This document shows positions 19,714 through 30,095 of a stretch of 64,000 nt of DNA, piece after piece (the first letter of the stretch is position 1; each line of letters starts with the position of its first letter). A program made the position numbers and the translations under genes. Location: assembly GCA_965221835.1 (NCBI GenBank), contig OZ244916.1, forward strand, positions 417,772 through 481,771, given 5' to 3'. Under the pieces are notes generated by a model that saw only the letters and a program-made list of their open reading frames with translations, searched no databases and had not been told where the DNA came from. The DNA is from Gammaproteobacteria bacterium. GTDB lineage: Bacteria; Pseudomonadota; Gammaproteobacteria; Tethybacterales; Persebacteraceae.

Positions 19714-22425
19714 TTATTTTACGCCGCTTGCGGGCGAATCTGATGCGACCAATTGTTCCAGCACAAAGGGGAGAATGCCGTTTCTGGCGAAATATTCGCA
19801 TTCTATCGGCGTGTCAATTCGTACCAATAAATCGGCGGTATCGGTCGCGCCGTCCGCGCGGTGAATGCGCAAACGCGCTTTTTGGCGGGGCGACAATGCG
19901 CCGTCAACATCCAGCAAATCAAAAGTTTCATCGCCGCGCAAATTTAAACTTTCCGCCGATTCGCCTTCCATAAACTGACACGGCAAAACGCCCATTCCCG
20001 CCAAGTTGCTGCGGTGAATGCGTTCATAACTTTGCGCGACCACCGCGCGAACGCCTAACAAACGCGCGCCTTTCGCCGCCCAGTCGCGCGATGAACCGGT
20101 GCCGTATTCGCGTCCGGCGAAAACAATCAGCGGCGTTTGCGTTTCGCGATATTTCATTGCCGCATCAAAAATCGGCATTTCTTCGCCGTCCGGTTGGTGC
20201 AAAGTTAAGCCGCCTTCGGTACCAGGTGCCATTTTGTTGCGAATGCGCACATTGGCGAAAGTGCCGCGCATCATGACTTCGTGATTGCCGCGCCGCGAAC
20301 CGTACGAATTGTAATCCGCGACTTTTACGCCGTGTGCGCGCAAATAAATTCCCGCCGGCGAAGATGGTTTTATCGCGCCCGCCGGACTGATGTGGTCGGT
20401 GGTAACCGAATCGCCCAAAATCGCCAACGCGCGCGCCCCGGCAATGGACTCGCCGGCGTCTTGCGTTGCCACAAACGGCGGCATCCGAATGTAAGTGGAA
20501 TCGTCTTGCCATTCGTATCGCGCGCCTTCGCCGCCGTCAATGTCGCCCCACAGCGGCAAATCGCGTTCAAAACCGGCGGTATAACGGGCGACAAAGTTTT
20601 GCGGATTTATCGCATGTTTCATGACCGCGGCGATTTCTTCTTCCGACGGCCAAAGATCTTTTAAGAACACCGGCGCACCGTTTTGGTCTGTGCCGAGTGG
20701 TTCGGTTTGCATATCCAAATCAATGCGTCCGGCGAGGGCGAAAGCGACAACCAGCGGCGGACTCATCAAAAAATTCGCGCGGATATTTTGGTGTACGCGC
20801 GCTTCAAAATTGCGGTTGCCCGACAACACCGCAACGCCGACCAAATCGTTGTCCGTAATCGCCTTTTCATAATCGGCATCCAGCGGACCGGAGTTGCCGA
20901 TGCAAGTCGTGCATCCGTAACCGACTTGATGAAATCCGAGTGCTTCCAGCGAATGCAACAATCCCGATTTTTGCAAATAATCGGTGACCACGCGCGAACC
21001 GGGTGCTAACGAAGTTTTTACCCGTGCGGGCGGATGCAATCCGCGCGCCGCCGCCTTTTGTGCGAGAAGTCCCGCCGCCAGCAAAACGCTCGGATTGGAA
21101 GTGTTGGTGCAAGAAGTAATTGCTGCGATGAGAATGTCGCCGTCGCCGATGTCTTCGTTTTCTTTGCCGGACGGATGACGGGCGGCGAGCGATTCCGGTT
21201 TTTTGTCGTAGCCGCCCGATTCGGCGGATGCCGAAAACAACGCCGTAAATTTTTCTTTCAACAATCGCAACGGAATGCGATCTTGCGGGCGACGGGGACC
21301 GGCAACGGACGGTTCCACCGCAGACAAATCCAAGGACAAAGTGCGCGAATAATCGCATTCGCCCGCGTCCGGAATGCCGAACATTTTTTGCGCGCGATAA
21401 TACGATTCTACTGTTTGCAAAACATTTTCGTCTCTGCCGGTGGAACGCAAATAGTCAATTGTTTTTTCGTCCGCCGGAAAAAATCCCATTGTCGCGCCAT
21501 ATTCGGGCGCCATATTGCCGATGGTTGCGCGGTCGGGAACGGAAAGCGTTCGCGCGCCTTCGCCGAAAAACTCCACAAACTTTCCGACAACGCCCGCATT
21601 GCGCAACATTTCCGTAATTGTTAAAACCGTATCGGTAGCGGTTACCCCCGGCGAAATCGCGCCGGTTAAATGCACGCCGACAACATCCGGTTCCAGCATA
21701 TACACCGGCTGCCCCAGCATTGCGGCTTCCGCTTCTATGCCGCCGACTCCCCAGCCGACAACGCCGATTCCGTTTATCATTGTCGTGTGCGAATCGGTAC
21801 CGACCAGCGTATCGGGATAGCAAACGCCGTCAGTTTCCATCACCGTTCGCGCGAGATATTCCAAATTAACCTGATGCACAATTCCCACACCGGGCGGCAC
21901 GACTTTGAAAGTTTTGAAAGCGCCGGTACCCCATTTAAGAAAAGCGTAGCGTTCGTGATTGCGCGCGAATTCAATTTCCATATTGAGACGCATCGCATCC
22001 GGCGAACCATAATGATCGACTTGTATGGAATGATCCACAACCAAATCCACCGGCACGAGCGGTTCTATGCTTTGCGGCGATTCGCCTCGCCGCGCCGCTT
22101 CGTCGCGCATTGCCGCCAAATCGGCGAGCAACGGCACGCCGGTAAAATCTTGCAACACCACGCGCGCGACAACAAACGGTACTTCGGAATCGCGCGCGCC
22201 GTCCGCTTTCCAGTTAGCGAGGGCGCGCACATGCGAGTCGGCGATTTTTTTTCCGTCGCAGTTGCGCAGCAAAGATTCCAACACGATTCGCAGACAAACC
22301 GGCAACCGCGAAATGTTCGCGCCGATGACGTTCTGCAATTCGGGCAGAGAATAAAACGATTTTTCGCCGCCGCCGTTTCCGTCCGGGACGAAAGTTTTTT
22401 TGCATTGAATAAAAGGATTTGGCAT
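19714..22425 (-). CDS. acnA: Aconitate hydratase A
   Basis: [80 protein letters not shown]. Confidence 0.97.
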   Translation of the reverse strand: MPNPFIQCKKTFVPDGNGGGEKSFYSLPELQNVIGANISRLPVCLRIVLESLLRNCDGKKIADSHVRALANWKADGARDSEVPFVVARVVLQDFTGVPLLADLAAMRDEAARRGESPQSIEPLVPVDLVVDHSIQVDHYGSPDAMRLNMEIEFARNHERYAFLKWGTGAFKTFKVVPPGVGIVHQVNLEYLARTVMETDGVCYPDTLVGTDSHTTMINGIGVVGWGVGGIEAEAAMLGQPVYMLEPDVVGVHLTGAISPGVTATDTVLTITEMLRNAGVVGKFVEFFGEGARTLSVPDRATIGNMAPEYGATMGFFPADEKTIDYLRSTGRDENVLQTVESYYRAQKMFGIPDAGECDYSRTLSLDLSAVEPSVAGPRRPQDRIPLRLLKEKFTALFSASAESGGYDKKPESLAARHPSGKENEDIGDGDILIAAITSCTNTSNPSVLLAAGLLAQKAAARGLHPPARVKTSLAPGSRVVTDYLQKSGLLHSLEALGFHQVGYGCTTCIGNSGPLDADYEKAITDNDLVGVAVLSGNRNFEARVHQNIRANFLMSPPLVVAFALAGRIDLDMQTEPLGTDQNGAPVFLKDLWPSEEEIAAVMKHAINPQNFVARYTAGFERDLPLWGDIDGGEGARYEWQDDSTYIRMPPFVATQDAGESIAGARALAILGDSVTTDHISPAGAIKPSSPAGIYLRAHGVKVADYNSYGSRRGNHEVMMRGTFANVRIRNKMAPGTEGGLTLHQPDGEEMPIFDAAMKYRETQTPLIVFAGREYGTGSSRDWAAKGARLLGVRAVVAQSYERIHRSNLAGMGVLPCQFMEGESAESLNLRGDETFDLLDVDGALSPRQKARLRIHRADGATDTADLLVRIDTPIECEYFARNGILPFVLEQLVASDSPASGVK

Positions 22426-22459
22426 AATAAAATACTCCGCGTAGTCGTCGTCCGTTGAT

Positions 22460-23368
22460 TTAATTTTTATTTTCCGCACCCCGGCGACGGGCGGGCGCGG
22501 CAAACATTTTAATGACGGCGCTGAAATCCAGCGCGCCGAATCCGGCGTTTTGGTGCATCCGATAAAGTTGATTCGCCAACGCCCCGAGCGGGACGGCGGC
22601 GCGGGCATTGCCGGCGGCGCGCATTGCCAAATCAGAATCTTTGACCATCAAATCGGCGGAAAAACCGCCGCGATAATCGCGCGCCGCAGGTGCGCCAGAC
22701 ATTGCGCCGGGGAGCGGATTGTATTTTTCCAAAACCCAGTTGCCGCCGCTGCTGCTTTTCATAATTGCCGAAAGCGTTTTACCGTCCAATCCCATTTTTT
22801 GTCCGAGCGATAACGCTTCGCAAACGCCGACCATCTGCACCGACAACATCATATTGTTGCATAGTTTTGCGGCTTGTCCTGCACCGACATCGCCGGCGTG
22901 AAAAATGTTTGCGCCCATTGCGGAGAGAATAGGTTTTGCGCGCGCGAAAGTTTTTTTGTCGCCGCCGACAAGAAACGAAAGAGTCGCGGCTTTTGCGCCG
23001 CCGATTCCGCCGGACACGGGCGCATCCGCAAACTGCGCGCCGATTTGCGCGGCGAATGTCGCAATATCGCGCGCCTCTTCGGGCGCGGTCGTACTGCAAT
23101 CCAATAAAAGGGCGTTTTTGCGGATGCCGTTTGCGGCGCGATAAAATGCGCGCACATAATCGCCCGACGGCAACATCGTAATAATGCATTCGGCGTCTTT
23201 TATCGCTTCGTCGCCGTTGCGGGCGACGGAAAGAGTCGCCGCTGCCGCGCGCGTTCGGGCGGCGCGTTGAATGTCAAAACATTGCAAAACGCGGCGATAT
23301 TTTTTTGCGAGATTACCTGCCATCGGCAATCCCATATTTCCCAATCCGACAAATGCGATTTTTTTCAT
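22460..23368 (-). CDS. mmsB: 3-hydroxyisobutyrate dehydrogenase
   Basis: [43 protein letters not shown]. Confidence 0.9.
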   Translation of the reverse strand: MKKIAFVGLGNMGLPMAGNLAKKYRRVLQCFDIQRAARTRAAAATLSVARNGDEAIKDAECIITMLPSGDYVRAFYRAANGIRKNALLLDCSTTAPEEARDIATFAAQIGAQFADAPVSGGIGGAKAATLSFLVGGDKKTFARAKPILSAMGANIFHAGDVGAGQAAKLCNNMMLSVQMVGVCEALSLGQKMGLDGKTLSAIMKSSSGGNWVLEKYNPLPGAMSGAPAARDYRGGFSADLMVKDSDLAMRAAGNARAAVPLGALANQLYRMHQNAGFGALDFSAVIKMFAAPARRRGAENKN

Positions 23369-23880
23369 ACTATTTTTTCCGTCCCGCAAAGTATAACAGA
23401 TACAATAAAAAATTCGGGAATTTCCGTTTTTTCGTTTTTTTTATAATTTTCACGCGCGTTAGTTTTGCGTTTTCGTTCGCGTTCCGCAAAGTATAACAGA
23501 TAAAATAAAAAACGGGAATTTCCGTTTTTTCTTTTTTATAATTTTCGGGCGCATTAGTTTCGCATTTCCGTTCCCGGACGATTTTTGTATACTATTTTTT
23601 CCGTCTCGCAAAGTATAATAGATAAAATACGCGGGAATTTTCGTTTCCCGTTTTTCCTTTTTTTTGATAATTTTCGCGCGCGTTAGTTTTGCATTTCCGC
23701 AAAGTATAATAGATAAAAAACGCGGGAATTTCCGTTCCCGGACGATTTTTGTATACTATTTTTTCCGTCTCGCAAAGTATAATAAATAAAATACGCGGGA
23801 ATTTTCGTTTCCTGTTTTTCCGTTTTTTCTTATAGTTTTCGCGCGCGTTAGTTTTGTGTTTTCGTTCGCGTTTTCGCAAT
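23369..23880. repeat. AT-rich degenerate tandem repeat (about 75-120 bp units, 5 copies) of the mmsB upstream region
   Basis: GCAAAGTATAA core at 23386, 23486, 23608, 23699 and 23772 with shared flanks. Confidence 0.85.
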
Positions 23881-23894
23881 GGATTCTGATGCGA

Positions 23895-25226
23895 TTATTT
23901 TCCGATGCAGAATTTGGAAAAGATTTCGCCCAGCAGTTTTTCGTCGTCGGTGCCGCCGGTGAGAGAGGCGATTTGCAGATGTGCGGACGACAACCATGCG
24001 GCGGCGATTTCCATTTGCATTCCCGCGTTTTGCGCTTCGGCGAAACATTTCAAACTTTCTTCAATCGCCGCCAAATGACGGGTGCGGGCGGTAAAAGGCG
24101 CATCGCCGCCGTCTCCCGCTGCGCCATTTTCGCCGCGCGCAAATGATGCAATCGCCGCGCGCAACGCGTCCAAACCCGCGCCGGTTTTTGCGGAAATGTA
24201 CGCCGTGCCATCGCGAACGCCGGCGGCAATGGAATGCAAATCAATTTTATTTCGCACATGCAACACCGTCGCATCGGTGTCAATGAACGGCGCGTTTTCG
24301 TCATCGCGTACCAGCAAAACGATGTCGGCATTTTGCGCGGTGCGAAGGGCGCGCGCGATTCCTTCTTGTTCCACTTCTTCGGCATTGTCGCGCAAACCGG
24401 CGGTGTCTGTCAGTCGCACCGGTGCGCCACTGATTTCAATATCGCGCACGATTTTGTCGCGAGTCGTGCCGGGGACGGCGGCGACAATCGCGGCGTCTTC
24501 GCCGCACAATGCGTTTAATAGCGAAGATTTTCCCGCATTCGGATAGCCGACAATTGCAGCACCGATTCCGGTCGCCAACTTCGCGCCTTTTTTGCATTCG
24601 GAAAGAAAAATTTTTGTGTCGTTCGCCAATGTCCGAATCCGTTCGCCAAAATCGGACGGCGCGCCGGTTTCTTCGTCTGCAAAATCCAATGCCGCTTCCA
24701 TTTCCGCGCGCAATTGTTGCAACGATTCTTCCAGCGAATGCGCGCGCCGCGAAAATGCGCCGTCCAATGCGTTCGCGGCGGCGCGTGCGGCGGCGGTGCT
24801 TCCCGCATGAATCAAATCCGCGACTGCTTCCGCTTGCGCCAAATCTATTTTGCCGTTGCAATAGGCGCGCATCGTAAATTCGCCCGCTTCCGCCGGACGC
24901 GCGCCGAGTTGAAAACAACGCGTCAATATGCCGTGCAATGCCGCACCGCCGTGTCCGTGCAATTCCAAAACATCTTGTCCGGTGAAAGAATGCGGCGCGC
25001 GAAAATACAAACACAATCCGTCATCCAACACCGCGCCGTTTTTGTCGATGAATTTTTCGCGCGTTGCCAAACGCGGCGGCGGGAGTTTTCCGGAGCCCAA
25101 AACTCCGCGCGCGACCGGCGAAATATCTTTTCCCGAAACGCGCACAACGCCGATTCCGCCCGCACCCGGCGGAGTCGCCGCCGCCGCGATTGTATCAGCC
25201 GCCGCTTTTCGCACCGCCTTTCGCAC
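23895..25226 (-). CDS. mnmE: tRNA modification GTPase MnmE
   Basis: DTIAA-x-ATPPG-x-GGIG, PHSFTGQDV-x-E-x3-HGG, GYPNAGKSS, GTTRD, DTAG, NKID, C-terminal FCIGK. Confidence 0.96.
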   Translation of the reverse strand: MRKAVRKAAADTIAAAATPPGAGGIGVVRVSGKDISPVARGVLGSGKLPPPRLATREKFIDKNGAVLDDGLCLYFRAPHSFTGQDVLELHGHGGAALHGILTRCFQLGARPAEAGEFTMRAYCNGKIDLAQAEAVADLIHAGSTAAARAAANALDGAFSRRAHSLEESLQQLRAEMEAALDFADEETGAPSDFGERIRTLANDTKIFLSECKKGAKLATGIGAAIVGYPNAGKSSLLNALCGEDAAIVAAVPGTTRDKIVRDIEISGAPVRLTDTAGLRDNAEEVEQEGIARALRTAQNADIVLLVRDDENAPFIDTDATVLHVRNKIDLHSIAAGVRDGTAYISAKTGAGLDALRAAIASFARGENGAAGDGGDAPFTARTRHLAAIEESLKCFAEAQNAGMQMEIAAAWLSSAHLQIASLTGGTDDEKLLGEIFSKFCIGK

Positions 25227-26910
25227 CGCTTTTCGTGCCGCTAATTGTGCGGGCGATGTGCCACTGCTGCAAAATGGAAAGTAGCGTATTGACCAGCCAA
25301 TACAAAACCAATCCGGCGGGAAAAAACAAACTGAACGCGGTAAAAAACAGCGGCATAATTTTAATAATTAACGCCTGAGTCGGATCAGGCGGGGCGGGCG
25401 ACATTTTTGTTTGCATAAACATTGCACCGCCCATCAGCAAGGGCAAAACAAAAAACGGGTCGGGCGCGGACAAATCGTTAATCCACAAATAAAACGGCGC
25501 ATGCCGCAACTCCACGCTGCCGAGAATTACCCAATATAGCGCGATAAAAACGGGAATTTGCAACAACACCGGCAGACAGCCGCCGAGCGGATTTATTTTT
25601 TTCTCGCGATACAATGCCATCATCGCTTGCTGCATTTTTTGTTTGTCTTCGCGGTGTTGTTCTTGCAAATTCTTTATGCGCGGCGATAACTCTTTCATCC
25701 GCGCGATGGAACGATACGATACCGAAGACAGCGGATAAAACGCGAGTTTGATGAGAAAAGTCAGCAAAATAACCGACAGCCCCCAGTTGCCGGCAAAATC
25801 ATGAATGAGCGCCAGCAATTTAAATAACGGCACCGCGATAAATGTTAACCAACCATAATCCACAACAAGATGCACGCCGGGAGCGATATTTTCTTCGTTC
25901 AATACATTGAGAATATCTTGTTCTTGCGCACCGGCAAAAAGACGGACGGCGATTTCGGCAGTGTCGCCCGCCGCGATTTCGCCGAACGGTACGATAACGC
26001 CGATGCGCACATCGCCGCCATTTGTCGCGGCGCGCATGTAATATTCGCGTTCCGCCGCATCTTCGGGCAGCCACAACGCAGCGAAATAACGTTGCGCAAA
26101 ACCAATCCAGCCGTCCGCACTTTTTTGCGGATAGGCGTCTTGCCCGATGTCTTCATATTCTACTTTTTGGAATTTTTCGGAATCGGTAAATACTGCCGCA
26201 CCGAAAAATGACGGCAAAAAAGATGATTCTGGTTCGGAACGCGCGCCGTTGTGAAAAAATTGAAAATACCCTTGCGGAAATATTGCCGCATCATTGTCGT
26301 TGCGCGCCTCCATTTCCAAACGGACGATGTCATTTCCGCGCGTAAAAATATAACGTTTGATTAGTTGTACACCGCCGCGTTCGGCGGCGAAAGCGACGGT
26401 TAAAGAATCCGTCCCGTCGGAAAAATTGAGCGATTGCGCGGGATTTAATCGCCGGAAGGATGTGCGATGGTCGGGAAAGTTATTGCCGCCGATGAGTCCG
26501 CTTTGCGCGCCGTGCCGCCGCCGCCCGTTCTCAAAAAGCGCGAACAATTCGCCGTCCGCATTCAGATGATTTTTGAGATGCAAACTCACGAGATTGCCGC
26601 CGTTTTCGCCGATTGTCGCCGCTATCCGGTCGGTTTCCACGACAACAAATCGCCCGTCTTTCGCCGCCGCCGGAATGTCGCGCGCACTATCTCCGGCGGC
26701 GGAAAGCGTTTGTGTCGGCACCGGCGGCGCATCCGCATCTGCGTCTGAATTTTGCGGCACATCCGACACGCCGGATGCACCGGATGCGGAGGCACCGGCG
26801 GCGGCGGTCTCGGCGATGGAATCGTATTGCCATTTTTCCCATCGTTGCCAGAGTATTAACAATGAATACAACAGCACGCCGATGCATATCAGGCGCAAAA
26901 TATCGTTCAT
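25195..26910 (-). CDS. yidC: Membrane protein insertase YidC
   Basis: VDYGWL, GNWGLSVI, KINPLGGCLP-x2-LQIPVF, APDPFFVLP, PAGLVLYW. Confidence 0.96.
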   Translation of the reverse strand: MNDILRLICIGVLLYSLLILWQRWEKWQYDSIAETAAAGASASGASGVSDVPQNSDADADAPPVPTQTLSAAGDSARDIPAAAKDGRFVVVETDRIAATIGENGGNLVSLHLKNHLNADGELFALFENGRRRHGAQSGLIGGNNFPDHRTSFRRLNPAQSLNFSDGTDSLTVAFAAERGGVQLIKRYIFTRGNDIVRLEMEARNDNDAAIFPQGYFQFFHNGARSEPESSFLPSFFGAAVFTDSEKFQKVEYEDIGQDAYPQKSADGWIGFAQRYFAALWLPEDAAEREYYMRAATNGGDVRIGVIVPFGEIAAGDTAEIAVRLFAGAQEQDILNVLNEENIAPGVHLVVDYGWLTFIAVPLFKLLALIHDFAGNWGLSVILLTFLIKLAFYPLSSVSYRSIARMKELSPRIKNLQEQHREDKQKMQQAMMALYREKKINPLGGCLPVLLQIPVFIALYWVILGSVELRHAPFYLWINDLSAPDPFFVLPLLMGGAMFMQTKMSPAPPDPTQALIIKIMPLFFTAFSLFFPAGLVLYWLVNTLLSILQQWHIARTISGTKSGAKGGAKSGG

Positions 26911-27239
26911 TTTTTTATGACGGCGGAGGCGAGTAGTTTCGCGCACATGGCGCGCGCGGTTTTTTCATCGGGCGGCGTTTCGGTGAGAGAAATGAAGACA
27001 TCCATCGGCGGCAACTCGCTGCGCCATTGTTGCCGAAATGATTCGCGAATAACGCGGCGCAAACGATTGCGGCGGACGGCGCGGCGCACGAAACGTTTGG
27101 AAATGGAAACGCCGATGCGCGCTGCCGGACGGCGCGAGCGGGCGTAATGCATAGACCAGCATCCCGCGGTGTTTTTTTTGCGGCTTCGTATCACCCGTAC
27201 AAACTCCTCGCGCCGCGAAAGAAAAATATCCGTTTTCAA
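26907..27239 (-). CDS. rnpA: Ribonuclease P protein component
   Basis: [18 protein letters not shown]-x-IRESFR; between rpmH and yidC. Confidence 0.9.
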   Translation of the reverse strand: MKTDIFLSRREEFVRVIRSRKKNTAGCWSMHYARSRRPAARIGVSISKRFVRRAVRRNRLRRVIRESFRQQWRSELPPMDVFISLTETPPDEKTARAMCAKLLASAVIKK

Positions 27240-27370
27240 ACAGACAGCCGCTTCCGCCCTTTGCGGCGGCGCGCGCTAAGAATCGCCCGCCCGTGTCGGG
27301 TCGCCATGCGGGAACGAAAACCATGCCTGCGTTTGCGGCGGATGTTGGACGGTTGATAAGTTCTTTTCAT
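27236..27370 (-). CDS. rpmH: 50S ribosomal protein L34
   Basis: [22 protein letters not shown]...[11 protein letters not shown]. Confidence 0.98.
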   Translation of the reverse strand: MKRTYQPSNIRRKRRHGFRSRMATRHGRAILSARRRKGRKRLSV

Positions 27371-27466
27371 TTCGGTACCTTTATAAATAACGCTGCGAAT
27401 AAACGGCGAAAACAATATTATAATGGAAAACGCCCCCAAAAAAGCAAATTTTTACATACAACAATG

Positions 27467-27543
27467 TGGCGCCCCGGAGACGATTTGAACGTCCAACCTT
27501 TCCCTTAGGAGGGGAACACTCTATCCAGTTGAGCTACCGGGGC
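27467..27543 (-). tRNA. tRNA-Arg (anticodon CCT)
   Basis: Reverse complement GCCCCGGTAGCTCAACTGGATAGAGTGTTCCCCTCCTAAGGGAAAGGTTGGACGTTCAAATCGTCTCCGGGGCGCCA; 77-nt cloverleaf with encoded CCA. Confidence 0.95.
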
Positions 27544-28453
27544 GCGGAAAATCATTTGCGGGCGGGCGAAAAGCGGGCGGAATATCGCGCCATCCGCGGA
27601 CAAATTCGGCAGCGTCCATTATCCGCCGTCCGGGTTTTTGCACCCGCAACAAAGTCAATGCGCCCGCACCGCAAGCGACGACAATGCCGTTTTTGTCCGC
27701 CGACAATAGCCGCCCGGGCGCGCCGCCGCCGGAAGTTTCGCGGGCGGCGTATACTTTTATGATTTCATCGCCGTGCAAAATACGCGCACCGGGAAGGGGC
27801 GACAACGCGCGGATTTGTCGCGCTAACATTTCGGCGGAATGATTAAAATTTAAGACATAATCGGCGGGGCGGATTTTGGCGGCATAGCGAACATCCGATT
27901 CTTTTTGCGGTTGCGACGGCGGATTGTCGCGCAATGCTTGCAACAACAACGCCGCGCCGTCTGCGGCGAGTAGGCGGCGCAAATCGCCGCAACAAATATC
28001 GGGTGCAACGGAAATTTGTTTTTGCAATAAAATCGCGCCGGTATCCAATCCCGCGTCCATTTGCATAATGGTGATGCCGGTTGTTTTGTCGCCCGCCAAA
28101 ATCGTTCTTTGGACGGGGGCGGCACCGCGCCATCGCGGCAGAAGAGACGGATGAATATTTATCGCACCGCGCGGGGCGATTGCCAAAACTTGCGGCGACA
28201 AGAGTTTTCCGTAATCGCAAACGATGACGACATCGGGGCGACATTCGGCGGCGATTTCTTCCAAACTTTCCGATTCGGACAGCGGCAACGCCGATTGTTT
28301 TGCGGCGGCGGCGGCGGCGCACGATAACGGATGCAAATGTCGCTTTGCGGGATGCGGCGGCGGACAACAAACGCGCACAACTTCGTGTTCGGCGGCGAGA
28401 CAATGCAACGCCGGAACGCCGAAATCGCCGCTTCCGAAAAAAACGACTCGCAT
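27521..28453 (-). CDS. fmt: Methionyl-tRNA formyltransferase
   Basis: VFFGSGDF, INIHPSLLPRWRGAAPVQR, QMDAGLDTG; downstream of def. Confidence 0.95.
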   Translation of the reverse strand: MRVVFFGSGDFGVPALHCLAAEHEVVRVCCPPPHPAKRHLHPLSCAAAAAAKQSALPLSESESLEEIAAECRPDVVIVCDYGKLLSPQVLAIAPRGAINIHPSLLPRWRGAAPVQRTILAGDKTTGITIMQMDAGLDTGAILLQKQISVAPDICCGDLRRLLAADGAALLLQALRDNPPSQPQKESDVRYAAKIRPADYVLNFNHSAEMLARQIRALSPLPGARILHGDEIIKVYAARETSGGGAPGRLLSADKNGIVVACGAGALTLLRVQKPGRRIMDAAEFVRGWRDIPPAFRPPANDFPRPGSSTG

Positions 28454-28956
28454 CAATCGCCGCTTTCGCCGGAAATTTTGCGATATTTCGCCAGCAAACG
28501 ATTTCTTTTTAACGGACTTAAATAATCTATGAACAATACGCCGTTCAAATGATCAATTTCGTGTTGCAAACATGTCGCGAGCAATCCGTCCGCATCAACC
28601 CGGATTTTTTTGTTTTCCATATCAATGCCTTCTACCGAAACCGTCGCGGGGCGGCGGATGACGGCGGAAATGCCGGGGATGGAAAGACATCCCTCTTCGC
28701 GTTCTTCAAACTTTTCACCGGCGGCAACAATTGTCGGATTGAAAATTACCAGCGGCGCATTTTCGCCATCGGCGGCGACAATCAGGCGCACCGCGCGGTT
28801 GATTTGCGGGGCGGCAAGCCCTACGCCGCCCGCCGAATACATCGCGGCAATCATTCCCGCCGCCAGAGTACAAAGCGCTTCGTTCGCACCGGCAACCGGC
28901 TTTGCCGGGGCGCGCAAAGCGGGATGCGGAAATTTAATAACAGCCAACGGCGACAT
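28453..28956 (-). CDS. def: Peptide deformylase
   Basis: GVGLAAPQ, EGCLS, QHEIDHLNG. Confidence 0.97.
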   Translation of the reverse strand: MSPLAVIKFPHPALRAPAKPVAGANEALCTLAAGMIAAMYSAGGVGLAAPQINRAVRLIVAADGENAPLVIFNPTIVAAGEKFEEREEGCLSIPGISAVIRRPATVSVEGIDMENKKIRVDADGLLATCLQHEIDHLNGVLFIDYLSPLKRNRLLAKYRKISGESGD

Positions 28957-28977
28957 TGCAGTTAAAATGTTAACATT

Positions 28978-30069
28978 ATGTCGCGTGATTTTGCACTTCG
29001 CGAGTGGATTTTACTTTCCATGGCTAAAGGCGTGGGACCAGTCCTCATTCGCAATCTTCTGGAAAAATACGAATCGCCGGGGGCGGCGTTGCGCGCGCCG
29101 TTGACCGAATTGGCGGATTTAATGCCGATGGCAACCGCAAAAAATTTGCATAACAAACAATGCCCCGAACGAACAGAAGCCGCCGCCGCCGCCGCCCGCT
29201 GGCTCAAAGAACCGCAACATCATATTTTGACGCTTGCCGATGCGGATTATCCCGCCGCGCTACAAAAATTGAACACCCAAGATCCGCCGCCGTTGTTGTA
29301 TGTACGCGGCGACAAACGCGTACTTTCCGAACGCCCGCTGGTGGCGATTGTCGGCAGTCGCAGCGCGTCTCCGGCGGGAGTCAAAAACGCCGAATTGTTC
29401 GCGCATGCACTCGCCGAAGCGGGCGTAAATATTGTCAGCGGGCTGGCGCAAGGAATTGACAGCGCAGCGCATCGCGGGGCACTCAAAGGCGGCGGCAAAA
29501 CCGTCGCCGTTGTCGGCACCGGCGCGGACATTATTTATCCCAAACAAAATCGCGCGCTGGCGATGGAAATTGTCGGCACCGGCGGCGCGATTGTCAGCGA
29601 TTTTCCGCTCGGCACGCCGCCGAAAGATTACAACTTTCCGCGCCGCAATCGCATTATCAGCGGGCTGGCGAAAGGATGTCTGGTAGCAGAAGCGGCGCGA
29701 AAAAGCGGCGCATTAATCACCGCCCAATATGCAAGCGAACAGGGGCGCGAAGTTTTTGCGGTGCCGGGTTCCATCAATTCGCCGATGTATAAGGGCTGTC
29801 ATTTTCTCATCAAACAAGGCGCGAAACTCGCCGAAAATGTGGACGATATTTTGGACGAATTAAATCTCGTGCGCCGTGCGCCCGGCGCATTGCCGTTGCC
29901 GCCTGCGGATGGCGGCATTCTTAAATTTATAGATTTCGCCCCGACCGCGTTGGACGATATTGCGGCGCGCAGCGGTTTAGAAGCAGATTCGTTGCTCCCC
30001 GATTTGTTGACTCTGGAAATGGAGGGAAAAATCGTCGTTGCCGCAGGCGGAACTTATCAGCGAATTTAA
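28978..30069 (+). CDS. dprA: DNA-processing protein DprA
   Basis: DPPPLLYVRG, AIVGSR, VSGLAQGID, FPRRNRIISGL, KSGALITA, GREVFAVPG. Confidence 0.96.
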   Translation: MSRDFALREWILLSMAKGVGPVLIRNLLEKYESPGAALRAPLTELADLMPMATAKNLHNKQCPERTEAAAAAARWLKEPQHHILTLADADYPAALQKLNTQDPPPLLYVRGDKRVLSERPLVAIVGSRSASPAGVKNAELFAHALAEAGVNIVSGLAQGIDSAAHRGALKGGGKTVAVVGTGADIIYPKQNRALAMEIVGTGGAIVSDFPLGTPPKDYNFPRRNRIISGLAKGCLVAEAARKSGALITAQYASEQGREVFAVPGSINSPMYKGCHFLIKQGAKLAENVDDILDELNLVRRAPGALPLPPADGGILKFIDFAPTALDDIAARSGLEADSLLPDLLTLEMEGKIVVAAGGTYQRI

Positions 30070-30095
30070 CGATTCGCGGACGATTCAATTTATCT

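Noticed and set aside
23369-27466. oriC near mnmE/rpmH
   Set aside because: No TTATNCACA DnaA boxes found by eye, and dnaA is not adjacent.
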